Assembly (NCBI GenBank): GCA_963709585.1
Contig: CAVPXI010000005.1
Span: 64,001 to 128,000 of the forward strand
DNA: 64,000 nt
Direction: 5' to 3'
Origin: Candidatus Dormiibacterota bacterium
GTDB taxonomy: Bacteria > Chloroflexota > Dormibacteria > Aeolococcales > Aeolococcaceae
Shown: positions 40,013 through 52,207 of the stretch, one piece after another
How positions within the stretch are numbered: the first letter of the stretch is position 1
Layout: each line of letters opens with the position of its first letter
The notes under the pieces: generated by a model
The model's input: only the letters and a program-made list of their open reading frames with translations
The model's database searches: none
What the model was told of the DNA's origin: nothing
Translations under genes and position numbers: made by a program

Positions 40013-41080
40013 CTAACGACGACGGATCGTCAACTCCCGGATTCGCGCGAACGCAGCGGCGGCGACCGTGCCCGCTGCCATCGGTGGAAAGGGCCACACC
40101 GCGCTGACGTTGATCTCGCACAGGACGTACGTGTTCTCCCCGGACGACGTTCTGGGTCCGTAGAGAAAGTCGGCGTCCCAGATGACGGGCAGCGACTCGC
40201 GATCGATGCCGAGGACACTGGTCATCCGCGGCACCCATTCGTTCTGCATGTGGTTTCGCAGTCGCTGATAGGCGGGGGCATCAGGACCCATCATCGGCGA
40301 TGATGCCGCGGCGGTGCGGAGGCTCTCGGGGTTGAGCAGGCCTTGGGGCCACTGATGGCAGAATCCCACCACCTCGTCGAGGGACAGATAACAGCGGATC
40401 ATCCCTTCGACCAACCGTTCCTGAAACGCTTGAGCCACGAGACAGCCGGACCATGCGAAGTACTCGTCGCAGCGGGCCATGAACGCACCGAGGCTCGTCT
40501 GCTCCGAAGATCCGTCCCGCGAGCGCGCGTCCTGGACGCGGACCTGAGCGTGCGGGTCTGACGCCGTGCGCGGGTCGATCAGCTGGATCTTCCACACGCC
40601 GTTGCCGCCGTTGCCTCTGCCCTGCTTCAGGACGGCTCGACCGCGTTCACCGAGCCAGGACGTGAAACGCTGGGCGAACTCTTCGGGCGTGCGGTAGAGA
40701 TCGACGTCGCCGCCGCAGCCGACGTTCCTGGTGCTGAACAGCACTTCCTTGGTCCCGAGCTTCAGGATGACGGCCGGATGGGCGGAGACCCAGACGCCTC
40801 GGGAAGCGACGTCGAGAAGCAGTGCGTCGAGGTTCCTTCGGTTGGCACCGTCCTGAATCGGATTGACCCAGACCAGGACCCCGTCGAGCGCGAGCAACTC
40901 GTCGCGAATCTCGTCGACGGCGCCGTCCTCGAACACCACCGGTCGCAGCTCCACAGGGAGCCGTGACAACGCCTCATAGAGCGGTGCGAGGCCGTGGCGT
41001 TCCTCAGGCTTCGACGGCCTGGCGCTTCGGTCGTCGCGCCACAGGATGCCGATGCGCAGTGGCGGTTTCGATTCGTTCAA
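40013..41080 (-). CDS. Cj0069-family ATP-grasp-like protein
   Basis: DGVLVWVNP, HPAVILKLGTKEVL, VLKQGRGNGG, LPVIWDADF, YVLCEINVS. Confidence 0.8.
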   Translation of the reverse strand: MNESKPPLRIGILWRDDRSARPSKPEERHGLAPLYEALSRLPVELRPVVFEDGAVDEIRDELLALDGVLVWVNPIQDGANRRNLDALLLDVASRGVWVSAHPAVILKLGTKEVLFSTRNVGCGGDVDLYRTPEEFAQRFTSWLGERGRAVLKQGRGNGGNGVWKIQLIDPRTASDPHAQVRVQDARSRDGSSEQTSLGAFMARCDEYFAWSGCLVAQAFQERLVEGMIRCYLSLDEVVGFCHQWPQGLLNPESLRTAAASSPMMGPDAPAYQRLRNHMQNEWVPRMTSVLGIDRESLPVIWDADFLYGPRTSSGENTYVLCEINVSAVWPFPPMAAGTVAAAAFARIRELTIRRR

Positions 41081-41108
41081 GCTAACCCTCGCCTCCGCCG
41101 GGAGCGGC

Positions 41109-41186
<78 letters not shown>

Positions 41187-41294
41187 GCGCCAGAGCCGTG
41201 ACTGTACCCCATGCGGCCTCAGCCAATACCGCACCACGCCGCATGGGCCGATCGCGGCATGATTCAAGCTCAGAGGCTCAACGGAGGTGGATCC

Positions 41295-43187
41295 ATGGCG
41301 GTCACCGGCAGCGTCGACCGACGCACCCTTCCCGCACTCGCGTTCGTCGGGGAGGTCGCTCAGCAGATCCGGGTCGATGGGATTCGAGCCAGCACCAAGG
41401 CCGGATCGGGACACCCGACCTCCAGCATGTCCGCCGCTGACCTGATCGCCGTCCTGGCCGCTCGCCATCTGCGCTACGACTTCGAGCACCCGGACCTGGC
41501 CAACAACGACCACCTCATCTTCTCGAAGGGCCACGCCTCGCCTCTCCTCTATGGGCTGTACAAGGCGGCCGGCGCCATCACCGATCAGGAGTTGATGACC
41601 TACCGCACCTTCGGCTCGAGGCTCCAGGGCCATCCGACGCCGATCATCCCCTGGGTCGACGTCGCCACCGGCTCACTCGGCCAGGGGCTGGCGATCGCTG
41701 TGGGAGTTGCCCTCGCCGGCAGGTATCTCGACCACCTTCCCTTCCATGTCTGGGTGCTGTGCGGTGACAGCGAGCTTGCCGAAGGGTCGATCTGGGAGGC
41801 GCTCGACAAGGCCGGTCACTACGGCCTCTCCAATCTCACAGCGATCTTCGACGTGAACCGCCTCGGACAGCGCGGGCCCACCGAGTACGAGTGGGACCTG
41901 GACATCTATCGCCGCCGCGTCGAGGCCTTCGGCTGCAGGGCCATCGTCATCGACGGTCACGACCTCGGCGAGATCGACGAGGCGCTGACCTCCGCGCGAG
42001 CGGACGGCGACCGCCCCAGCGTCGTGATCGCTCGCACCATCAAGGGCAAGGGGTTCAAGGAGATCGAGAACAAGGACGGATGGCACGGCAAGGCGCTGCC
42101 CCCCGACCTGGCCGAGAAGGCGATCGCGGAGCTCGGTGGCGAGCGCGACCTGCGCATCGACGTCCGGCCACCCGAGGCACTCGAGTCGGCATCCTCGAAG
42201 GCCGCGGACACGGCCGTCAACCTGCCGGCCTACGCACTCGGCGAGAAGGTCGCGACCCGCAAGGCATACGGCGACACGCTGCGCGCACTCGGCGCCCGTC
42301 ACGACATCGTGGCGCTCGACGGCGAGGTGAGCAACTCCACCCATGCCGACGAGTTCAAGAACGCGTACCCCGACCGATTCTTCGAGATGTTCATCGCGGA
42401 ACAGCAGATGGTCGCGAGCGCGGTCGGGCTCTCGGTCCGCGGCTACATCCCATTCGCCTCGACGTTTGCGGCCTTTCTCTCTCGCGCCTATGACTTCATC
42501 AGGATGGCGGGCGTTTCCCAAGTCAGCATCCGGCTCTCCGGCTCACACGCCGGCTGCGAGATCGGCGCCGACGGTCCATCACAGATGGCGCTCGAGGACA
42601 TCGCCTCGCTGCGCGCGGTGCACATGTCGACGGTGCTCTACCCGAGCGACGCCGTCTCGACGGCGAAGCTGGTCGCGCAGATGGCCGACCTTCGTGGCAT
42701 CAGCTACATCCGCACCACCCGGGGTGCGTACCCGGTCCTGTACGGGAACGACGAGCAATTCCCGATCGGCGGTTCGAAGGTGGTCCGTCAATCCCCCGGC
42801 GACGTGGTCACGCTGATCAGCGCCGGCGTGACGCTGCACGCCTGCATCGCCGCCGCCGAGCGGCTGTCGAAGAGCGATATCTCCTGCCGCGTCATCGATC
42901 TCTATTCGGTGAAGCCGATCGACATCGCGACCTTGCGCGCTGCCAGCGAAGCGACGGCCGGACGCCTTGTGGTCGTCGAAGACCATTACCCGGAGGGCGG
43001 GCTTGGCGCGGCAGTGATGGAGGCTCTCGCGCTCGAGGAGAATCCGCCACGCGTCACCCATCTCGCGGTACGCGATCTGCCCGGGTCGGCGAGCCCAGAG
43101 GAGTTGATGGCCGCCGCCGGGATCGACGCCGACGCGATCGTTGCGGCGGTGAACACACTGATAGGTGCTGCCGCGAAGGCCGGCTGA
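41295..43187 (+). CDS. tkt: Transketolase
   Basis: SGHPTSSMS, SKGHASP, TGSLGQG, GDSELAEG, DGPSQM, VEDHY. Confidence 0.95.
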   Translation: MAVTGSVDRRTLPALAFVGEVAQQIRVDGIRASTKAGSGHPTSSMSAADLIAVLAARHLRYDFEHPDLANNDHLIFSKGHASPLLYGLYKAAGAITDQELMTYRTFGSRLQGHPTPIIPWVDVATGSLGQGLAIAVGVALAGRYLDHLPFHVWVLCGDSELAEGSIWEALDKAGHYGLSNLTAIFDVNRLGQRGPTEYEWDLDIYRRRVEAFGCRAIVIDGHDLGEIDEALTSARADGDRPSVVIARTIKGKGFKEIENKDGWHGKALPPDLAEKAIAELGGERDLRIDVRPPEALESASSKAADTAVNLPAYALGEKVATRKAYGDTLRALGARHDIVALDGEVSNSTHADEFKNAYPDRFFEMFIAEQQMVASAVGLSVRGYIPFASTFAAFLSRAYDFIRMAGVSQVSIRLSGSHAGCEIGADGPSQMALEDIASLRAVHMSTVLYPSDAVSTAKLVAQMADLRGISYIRTTRGAYPVLYGNDEQFPIGGSKVVRQSPGDVVTLISAGVTLHACIAAAERLSKSDISCRVIDLYSVKPIDIATLRAASEATAGRLVVVEDHYPEGGLGAAVMEALALEENPPRVTHLAVRDLPGSASPEELMAAAGIDADAIVAAVNTLIGAAAKAG

Positions 43188-45999
43188 ATGACCGCACTGC
43201 AGCAGCTCGGCGAACACGGCCAGTCGGTGTGGCTCGACTTCATCAGCCGCGAGCTGGTGACCACGGGTCAGCTGCAGCGCCGCGTCGCCGACGAGAACGT
43301 GACCGGGTTGACCAGCAACCCCACGATCTTCCAGAAGGCGATCGCGGAGGGCTCGCTCTACGACGATCAGATCCGCGAGCTGATCGAGTCCGGGATCGAT
43401 GATCCCAACGACGTCTTCATCGAGCTCGCGATCACCGACATCCAGCACGCCGCAGACATCCTCCGCCCGGTGCACGAACGCACCTCGGGCGCGGACGGAT
43501 ATGTCAGCCTCGAGGTGCCGCCGTCGCTGTCGCATGACACCGACGCGACCATCGCGACCGCGAGAACCCTTTGGGAGCGGGTCGGCCGCCCCAACCTGAT
43601 GATCAAGATCCCGGCCACCCTCGAGGGAATGCCGGCGATCCATCGGACCATCGCGGACGGCCGCAACGTGAACATCACGCTCATCTTCGCGATCGCAATG
43701 CACGATCGTGTGATCGAGCAGTACGTCTCGGCGCTCGAGAGTCGTCACCGGGAAGGGCAGTCGCTCGACGTGCATTCGGTGGCGTCGTTCTTCGTGAGCC
43801 GCGTCGATACGCTCGTGGACAAGCTGCTCGAGGAGAAGCTCGCCGCCGACCCGGGGAACGCGCTCGTCGAGGGCCTGTTCGGCAAGGCGGCGATCGCCAA
43901 TGCGGTGCTCGCCTACGAGCTCTTCGAACAGCGATTCGGTGACGATCGCTTCGCGCCGCTGCGCGCCGCGGGCGCGCATGTGCAGCGTCCGCTCTGGGCG
44001 AGCACGAGTGCCAAGAATCCCAACTACCGCGACGTCGTCTACGCAGAAGCGTTGATCGGGCCCGACACCGTGGACACGATGCCGCCCGCAACCATTGAGG
44101 CATTCCTGGACCATGGCGTCGTGGCCGGTGACACCGTGAAAGCCGACTACGCAGGCGCCCACCGCGTGATGGATCAGCTCGCCGAAGCCGGGATCGACAT
44201 GGATGCGGTGACCCAGAAACTGCTCGATGACGGCGTCAAGCAGTTCGCGAACTCGTACGACGAGTTGATCCGAGGCATCGCCGAAAAGATCGACGCCATG
44301 GGCTCCGGGTACGCACGCCGCCAGCACATCGACACCGGTGGGGCGGCGATCCCGCTCGATACTCCCGCCGCGAGCGGGATCGCCACGCGGATCTGGCACC
44401 GCGACCCCAACCTCTGGAAACCGGGGGACAGCGCTCACGCAACCGTGATCAACAACCGACTCGGCTGGCTCGACGTCGTCGGCGCCATGCGCGAACGGCT
44501 CCCCGCGCTCAAGGCGCTGGCCGGCGAGGTGCGTGACGCCGGGTGGCACGACTGCGTACTGCTCGGCATGGGCGGTTCGAGCCTCTGCCCCGAGGTGCTG
44601 CGCAGCTCCTTCGGCAGCACTGACGGACAGCCGACACTCCACGTTTTGGATACCACCGATCCACTCGCCATCGCCAGGGTGACCGGGGCCATCGACCCGG
44701 AAGCGACCGGGTACATCGTCTCCAGCAAATCGGGCACGACCCTGGAGACGCTCTCCCACCTTGCCCACTTCTGGGAGGTGACCACCGCCGTCACCGACAA
44801 CCCCGGCTCGCACTTCGTCGCCGTGACCGATCCGGGCACGCCGCTTGCGACCATCGCGCGCGACCGAGGATTCCTGCACCTCTTCAAGAATCCGCCGGAC
44901 ATCGGCGGCCGCTACTCCGCCTTGAGCATGTTCGGCCTCGTCCCGGCAGCGATCATCGGGATCGACTGTGAGCTGCTCCTCGAGCGCGCCACCATGATGC
45001 GCAGGAACTGCGCAGCCGGCGTGCCGGGTGACCTCAACTGCGGCCTGAGCCTCGGTACCGTGATGGGCGCGCTCCACGACCAGGGACGTGACAAGGTGAC
45101 CATCCTCGCGCCCAAAGAGATCGAGGCCTACTCGTTGTGGGCGGAACAGCTCATCGCCGAGAGCACCGGTAAGGAGGGCAAGGGCATCATCCCGATCGGC
45201 GACGAGCCGATCGGAGACCCGGACGTGTACGCCGGCGACCGCCTCTTCGTCGCCCTGCGCATCGGCGATGACGCGGGATTCGATCGCTCCGTTGAAGCGT
45301 TGAAGGGCGCCGGGCATCCGGTCATCTCCTTCGACCTCGCCGACAAGTACGACCTCGCCGCCGAGTTCTTCCGGTGGGAGTTCGCAACCGCGGTCGCGGG
45401 AGCGCACCTCGCCATCGATCCTTTCGACGAGCCGAATGTGCAGGAGTTGAAGGACAACACCAAAGCGGTCCTGCAGCAGTATCACGACTCCGGCGCGCTG
45501 CCGGACGAGGCCGCAGCCGTCACCGACGGCGCCCTACGCGTGTATGGCGATGTCTCCGGATCCAGCGCGTCAGGCGCACTGGCCGCCCACCTCGATACCG
45601 CCAATCCAGGCGATTACATCGCGCTGATGGCATACGTCACACCCGACGACGCCAGTGAGCGGGCGCTCCAGGGTCTGCGTGTGGCCATTCGCGACTTCGC
45701 GCCGTCTCGCGACCACGCTCGGCTTCGGCCCTCGCTTTCTGCACAGCACCGGTCAGCTGCACAAGGGTGGACCGAACACCGGGGTCTACATCCAGATCAC
45801 CGCCGACGACGGGACCGATGTGCCGATCCCCGGTCAGCCGTTCACATTCTCGATCCTCAAGCGAGCCCAGGCCGCCGGCGACCTGCAGTCGCTGCGGTCC
45901 CACGGCCGGCGCGTCATCCGCGTCCACATCGCCGGCGACCTTGGTGCGGGACTCGCCAGCCTCACCGACGCAGTCAGCGCAATCACGGCGGCGCGCTGA
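43188..45999 (+). CDS. tal-pgi: Bifunctional transaldolase/glucose-6-phosphate isomerase (+1 frameshift at about 45696)
   Basis: Tal: WLD, GLTSNPTIF, MIKIPAT. Pgi: GMGGSSL, SKSGTT, GGRYS, QLIAESTGK. The tail GPRFLHSTGQLHKGG is in the shifted frame. Confidence 0.92.
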
Positions 46000-46031
46000 G
46001 CGCGGCCGTCACATCGAGGGAACTCACCACC

Positions 46032-46960
46032 ATGCAGATCGGCTTTGTCGGGCTTGGCAGGATGGGCGCCAACATGGTGCACCGGCTCCGTCGCGACGGT
46101 GACCACGCCGTTGTCGCTTTCGATCCCAATCCGGATGCGCGCGCAAGCGTCGAAGCCTTCGGGGCGACCACGACCGCGAGCATCGATGAGCTCATCGCCG
46201 CCCTCGACAAGCCTCGCGGCGTCTGGATCATGGTTCCATCGGGCAAGGTGACTGACGACACGGTGGCGGCGCTGCAGTCGCTGCTCGAGAAAGGCGACAC
46301 GATCATCGACGGCGGCAACAGCAACTATCACGACTTGATCGCGCGAGCGGCCAGGAGCGCCGAGCGCGGCATCAGCTTCATCGATGCCGGGACCAGCGGC
46401 GGCATCTGGGGCCTGCAGGTCGGATACTGCCTCATGGCCGGTGGCGAGCAGGCGACGATCGATCACTGGCGCCCGATCTTCACGACCCTGGCGCCGCCCG
46501 ACGGCTTCCTCCACGTTGGACCGCCCGGCTCCGGACATTTCGTGAAGATGGTGCACAACGGGATCGAGTACGGGATGCTCCAGGCGTACGCAGAGGGCTT
46601 CGCCATCCTCCAGGCGAAGCAGGACTTCGGCGAGCTCGACCTGCACGCCATAACGCACCTCTGGAACCAGGGGAGCGTGGTGCGCTCCTGGCTCCTCGAG
46701 CTCGCCGAGCGCGCATTCGAGCGGGATCCACAGCTGGACCAGTTGCGCGGCTGGGTCGACGACTCCGGCGAGGGACGCTGGACTCTCGAGGAAGCGATGC
46801 AGCTGTCGGTCCCGGCCCCCGTGCTCGCGCTGTCGCTGATCATGCGATATCAGTCGCGCCTGCCCGACGGTTTTGGCAACAAGGTGATCGCGGCGCTCCG
46901 CAACGAGTTCGGTGGGCATCCGGTGAAAGCCGAGACAGCGGCAGGGGCTGCAGCATCACA

Positions 46961-46964
<4 letters not shown>
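46032..46964 (+). CDS. gnd: 6-phosphogluconate dehydrogenase (short type)
   Basis: MQIGFVGLGRMG, IDGGNS, GHFVKMVHNGIEYG, ALRNEFGGH. Confidence 0.95.
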
Positions 46965-48520
<1,556 letters not shown>

Positions 48521-48521
48521 C

Positions 48522-49268
48522 GTGGCGGCGACGAGCGCTCTCGACAATCTCACCGGCCAGCGTGTCGTCAGCGAGACCGCTGCAGAGGTCGCCGACGCCG
48601 TCGCGAGCTGGGTCGCGGCGCAGGCGCTGCGCGCCTGTGGCGACCACGGCGGCTTCTCGATCGCCCTTTCGGGCGGGAGCACGCCGCGTCTCCTCAACCA
48701 GATGCTCGCCGGGCCGGACTGGCGGGACCGCATCGACTGGAGCTGTTGGAACGTCTATTTCGCTGACGAGCGTGCGGGCGCGCCGGATGACCCGGCGAGC
48801 AACTACCACTTTGCCGAGACGACCTTGCTGAGCCGCGTGCCGATCGACCCCGGACGGGTGCACCGCATGCGCGCGGAGCGTGCCGATCTCGACGCCGCGG
48901 CGGCGGAGTACTCGGATCTGCTCGCGAGCTCACTGCCTTCCGGAAACGGAGGCGCACCGCGGCTCGACGTGATCCTCCTCGGGCTGGGCGAGAACGGCCA
49001 CACAGCGTCGCTGTTTCCGGACACACCGGCGCTGATGGTCACCGACCGCTGGGCGACGCGGGGCCTCGCCGACTACGCGCCGTTCGACCGGATCACGCTG
49101 ACCTACCCGGCGATCAACGCCGCCGCAGCCGTCGGGTTCATGGTCACGGGCGCCGCGAAGCATGCGGCGCTTGCCGCGACCGCCAGAGGTGAGGTGCCCG
49201 CCTCGCGCGTCCGTCCCACCGACGGGACGCTCGCCTGGTTCATCGACGCCGCTGCTGCGGCAGGGTGA
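48522..49268 (+). CDS. pgl: 6-phosphogluconolactonase
   Basis: ALSGGSTP, ADER, LGLGENGHTASLFP, RITLT. Confidence 0.93.
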   Translation: MAATSALDNLTGQRVVSETAAEVADAVASWVAAQALRACGDHGGFSIALSGGSTPRLLNQMLAGPDWRDRIDWSCWNVYFADERAGAPDDPASNYHFAETTLLSRVPIDPGRVHRMRAERADLDAAAAEYSDLLASSLPSGNGGAPRLDVILLGLGENGHTASLFPDTPALMVTDRWATRGLADYAPFDRITLTYPAINAAAAVGFMVTGAAKHAALAATARGEVPASRVRPTDGTLAWFIDAAAAAG

Positions 49269-49321
49269 CGGCTGTGAGAATTCCGGCAGCCCGCTGACCC
49301 GCGTCTGCCAGAATCCGCGGG

Positions 49322-50030
49322 ATGCCGCGATCGACGTGGAAGCCCTGCCGAGACGCCATCCGGATCGCGCCGAGCTTGCTCGCCGCCGACTTCGGACACA
49401 TAGCGAAGGCTGCTCACGACCTGGAGGAGAGCGGCGCGGAGCGCATCCACGTCGACGTGATGGACGGCGTGTTCGTCCCCAACTTCACGTTCGGCACGGA
49501 TACGGTGCGCGTGCTCCGGCGGATTTCGTCGCTGCCCCTGGAGCTGCATCTCATGATCGTCAATCCCGACGCGCACCTGAGAACCTTCGCGACCGCAGGC
49601 GCCGACGCGATCACCGTGCACTACGAGGTATGTCCGAACCTGCACCGCACCCTGGCATCGATCCGCTCGCTCGACTGCCGCTCTGGCGCGGCGATCAATC
49701 CAGGCACGCCCGCGCAGATGCTCGACGACACTCTCGAGTTCATGCGACCTCGCGCTGGTCATGACCATCGATCCCGGGTTTGGCGGACAGTCACTGATAC
49801 CGCGCACGCTGCGCAAGGTCGAGCACATCCGTCGTGAGCTTGAACGTCAGGGCCTGGACACCGAGGTCGAGGTCGACGGTGGTGTCGACGCGAGCAACGC
49901 GAAGGCGTGTGTCGACGCCGGAGCCGACGTGCTCGTCGCCGGCACCGCGGTGTTCAAGCACGAGGGTGGGCCGAAGGCAGGCGTGGCCGCGCTGCAGCAG
50001 GCCCTGACCGAGGCCGGCGGCGCATCGTGA
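49322..50030 (+). CDS. rpe: Ribulose-phosphate 3-epimerase (+1 frameshift at about 49739)
   Basis: IAPSLLAADF, HVDVMDG, ELHLMI, MTIDPGFGGQ, EVDGGV. Confidence 0.93.
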
Positions 50031-52195
50031 CCGAGCTCGCAACCGCCACGCTTACCGACGGCAGCGAGGACGTCGACCGCGCCGCAGCGGATCTCGCGGC
50101 TCGGCTGCCGTCCCCACTCGAGGCGGTCGCTCGCCTCGCCTACAACTACGCTTGGTCGTGGTGGCCGGGCGGCGACGACGTGTTTCGGATGATCGATCCG
50201 GCGCGCTGGGAGGCAAGCAACCACAATCCGATTCGCCTGCTCGACGAGACGTCGTCCGCGACCCTCGAGCGCGCCGCCGCTGATGTCACCCTGCTGCACC
50301 GGCTTGCCGAGCTCATGCGTGGGCTCGACCGCGAGCTGGGGCGCCCGTCCATGGAGGGGAAGGCCACACCGGTCCACCCGGTGGCGTTTCTCTGCGCCGA
50401 GTTTGCCGTGCACCGGTCGCTGCCGATCTATGCGGGCGGCCTGGGCGTGCTCGCGGGGGACATCCTCAAGCAGGCCTCCGACATGGCGCTGCCGATGGTC
50501 GGCGTCGGTCTCCTCTACCGTCAGGGCTATTTCCAGCAGCGCATGGACCGGTCGGGGTACCAGATCGAGTACTGGCTCCAGGTCGACCCCGAGCGAGTTC
50601 CCGCCGCTCTTGTCTATAACGGTGGCGAGCCGCTGACCGTGACCGTGCCGCTGCGCGGGCGCGACGTCGTGGTCCAGGTGTGGCGCCTCGATATCGGCCG
50701 CACGCCGCTCTACCTCCTCGACGCGCAGCGTCCCGAGAACTCCCCCATCGATCAGTGGATCACCAGCCGTCTCTACGTCGCCGACCGGCCGACCCGGCTC
50801 GCCCAGTACGCACTCCTCGGGATCGGCTCGATGCGCGTCCTCGATGCGATGGGGCTGGAGCCGTGCGTCGTCCACCTCAACGAGGGGCACGCCGCGCTCG
50901 CGCCGCTCGAGATGGCCCGCCGCGAGATGGCCCTTGGCCGCTCGCGGCACGAGGCCTTCACGGCCGCGCGTGATCGCACCGTCTTCACAACTCATACGCC
51001 GGTGAGCGCCGGCAACGAGGGATACGACGTCAGCGAGATCGTCGAGGTCCTCGGTGACTACCCGGAGCAGGCCGGGCTCGACCTCGAGGGCTTTCTTCAC
51101 CTCGGCCGCACCCGGCCCGACAATCCCCACGAGCAGTTCGTCATGACCCCGCTCGGTATCAAGATGAGCCGCTCGCGCAATGGCGTGAGCCGTCGCCACG
51201 GCGAGGTCGCTCGTCAGATGTGGCAGGCGCTCTTCCCCGAACGACCCGCCGACACGGTCCCGATCGGGCACGTCACCAACGGCGTGCACGTGCCGACCTG
51301 GATGGCACCGCGGATGCGCGAGCTGCTCGATCGCTACCTCGGGGCGGGATGGGAGGCCCGCGCCGCCGATCCGGACACCTGGCGCGGCGTGGACGACATC
51401 CCGGATGCGGAGTTGTGGGAGGTGCGCAACGCGTTGCGAGCCGACTTCGTGCAGCACGTCCGGGTGCAGAGCGTCGCCAACCGGCTCGCTCGCGACGAGC
51501 CGCGCTGGTACGTGGAGGCCGCCGAGTACGGGTTCGACGAGCACGCCTTGACCTTTGGGTTCGCGCGCCGCCTTGCCGGATACAAGCGCATCCAGCTGCT
51601 GACCCTCGACACCCAGCGCGCCACGAGCGTGCTCGAGAACAGGGATCGACCGGCGCAGATGGTGTTCGCCGGCAAGTCACATCCTCAGGACGAGGAGGGC
51701 AAGCATGCAGCCCAGCGACTGTTCAGCTTCGAGCGGGAGCCTGCCGCGATGAGCCGGGTCTCGTTCCTCGATAACTACAGCCTCGCGACTGCCGACCAAA
51801 TGGTCGCCGGCTGCGACGTGTGGATCAACGTTCCCAGACCGCCCCTCGAGGCGAGCGGCACCAGCGGGATGAAAGCGGCGCTGAACGGCGGGCTCAACCT
51901 TTCCGTGCTCGACGGGTGGTGGGCCGAGGCGTACAACGGAACCAATGGGTGGGCCATCCCCGGCGACATCCTGTTCGACCATGGCATGCAGGACTCGCGC
52001 GACGCGGCGACGCTCTTCGACATCATCGAGCACGAGGTCGTGCCGCTCTTCTACCAGCGTGATGAGCACGGCGTACCGCGCGGCTGGGTGGAGCGGGTGC
52101 GCGCGTCGCTGCGCACCAACGGACCGCGATTCTCAGCGGCGCGGATGATGCGCGATTACGCAGACGACGTCTACGACCTCACCAGGTCGCGCTGA
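50027..52195 (+). CDS. glgP: Alpha-glucan phosphorylase
   Basis: YAGGLGVLAGD, HLNEGH, FTTHTPV, HVTNGVH, EASGTSGMK. Confidence 0.94.
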   Translation: MTELATATLTDGSEDVDRAAADLAARLPSPLEAVARLAYNYAWSWWPGGDDVFRMIDPARWEASNHNPIRLLDETSSATLERAAADVTLLHRLAELMRGLDRELGRPSMEGKATPVHPVAFLCAEFAVHRSLPIYAGGLGVLAGDILKQASDMALPMVGVGLLYRQGYFQQRMDRSGYQIEYWLQVDPERVPAALVYNGGEPLTVTVPLRGRDVVVQVWRLDIGRTPLYLLDAQRPENSPIDQWITSRLYVADRPTRLAQYALLGIGSMRVLDAMGLEPCVVHLNEGHAALAPLEMARREMALGRSRHEAFTAARDRTVFTTHTPVSAGNEGYDVSEIVEVLGDYPEQAGLDLEGFLHLGRTRPDNPHEQFVMTPLGIKMSRSRNGVSRRHGEVARQMWQALFPERPADTVPIGHVTNGVHVPTWMAPRMRELLDRYLGAGWEARAADPDTWRGVDDIPDAELWEVRNALRADFVQHVRVQSVANRLARDEPRWYVEAAEYGFDEHALTFGFARRLAGYKRIQLLTLDTQRATSVLENRDRPAQMVFAGKSHPQDEEGKHAAQRLFSFEREPAAMSRVSFLDNYSLATADQMVAGCDVWINVPRPPLEASGTSGMKAALNGGLNLSVLDGWWAEAYNGTNGWAIPGDILFDHGMQDSRDAATLFDIIEHEVVPLFYQRDEHGVPRGWVERVRASLRTNGPRFSAARMMRDYADDVYDLTRSR

Positions 52196-52207
52196 GAGCC
52201 GCCCCGC

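Noticed and set aside
39934-40013. SRP (4.5S) RNA or riboswitch assignment
   Set aside because: The conserved CAGG...GNRA...AGCAG core and recognisable aptamer motifs are not present.
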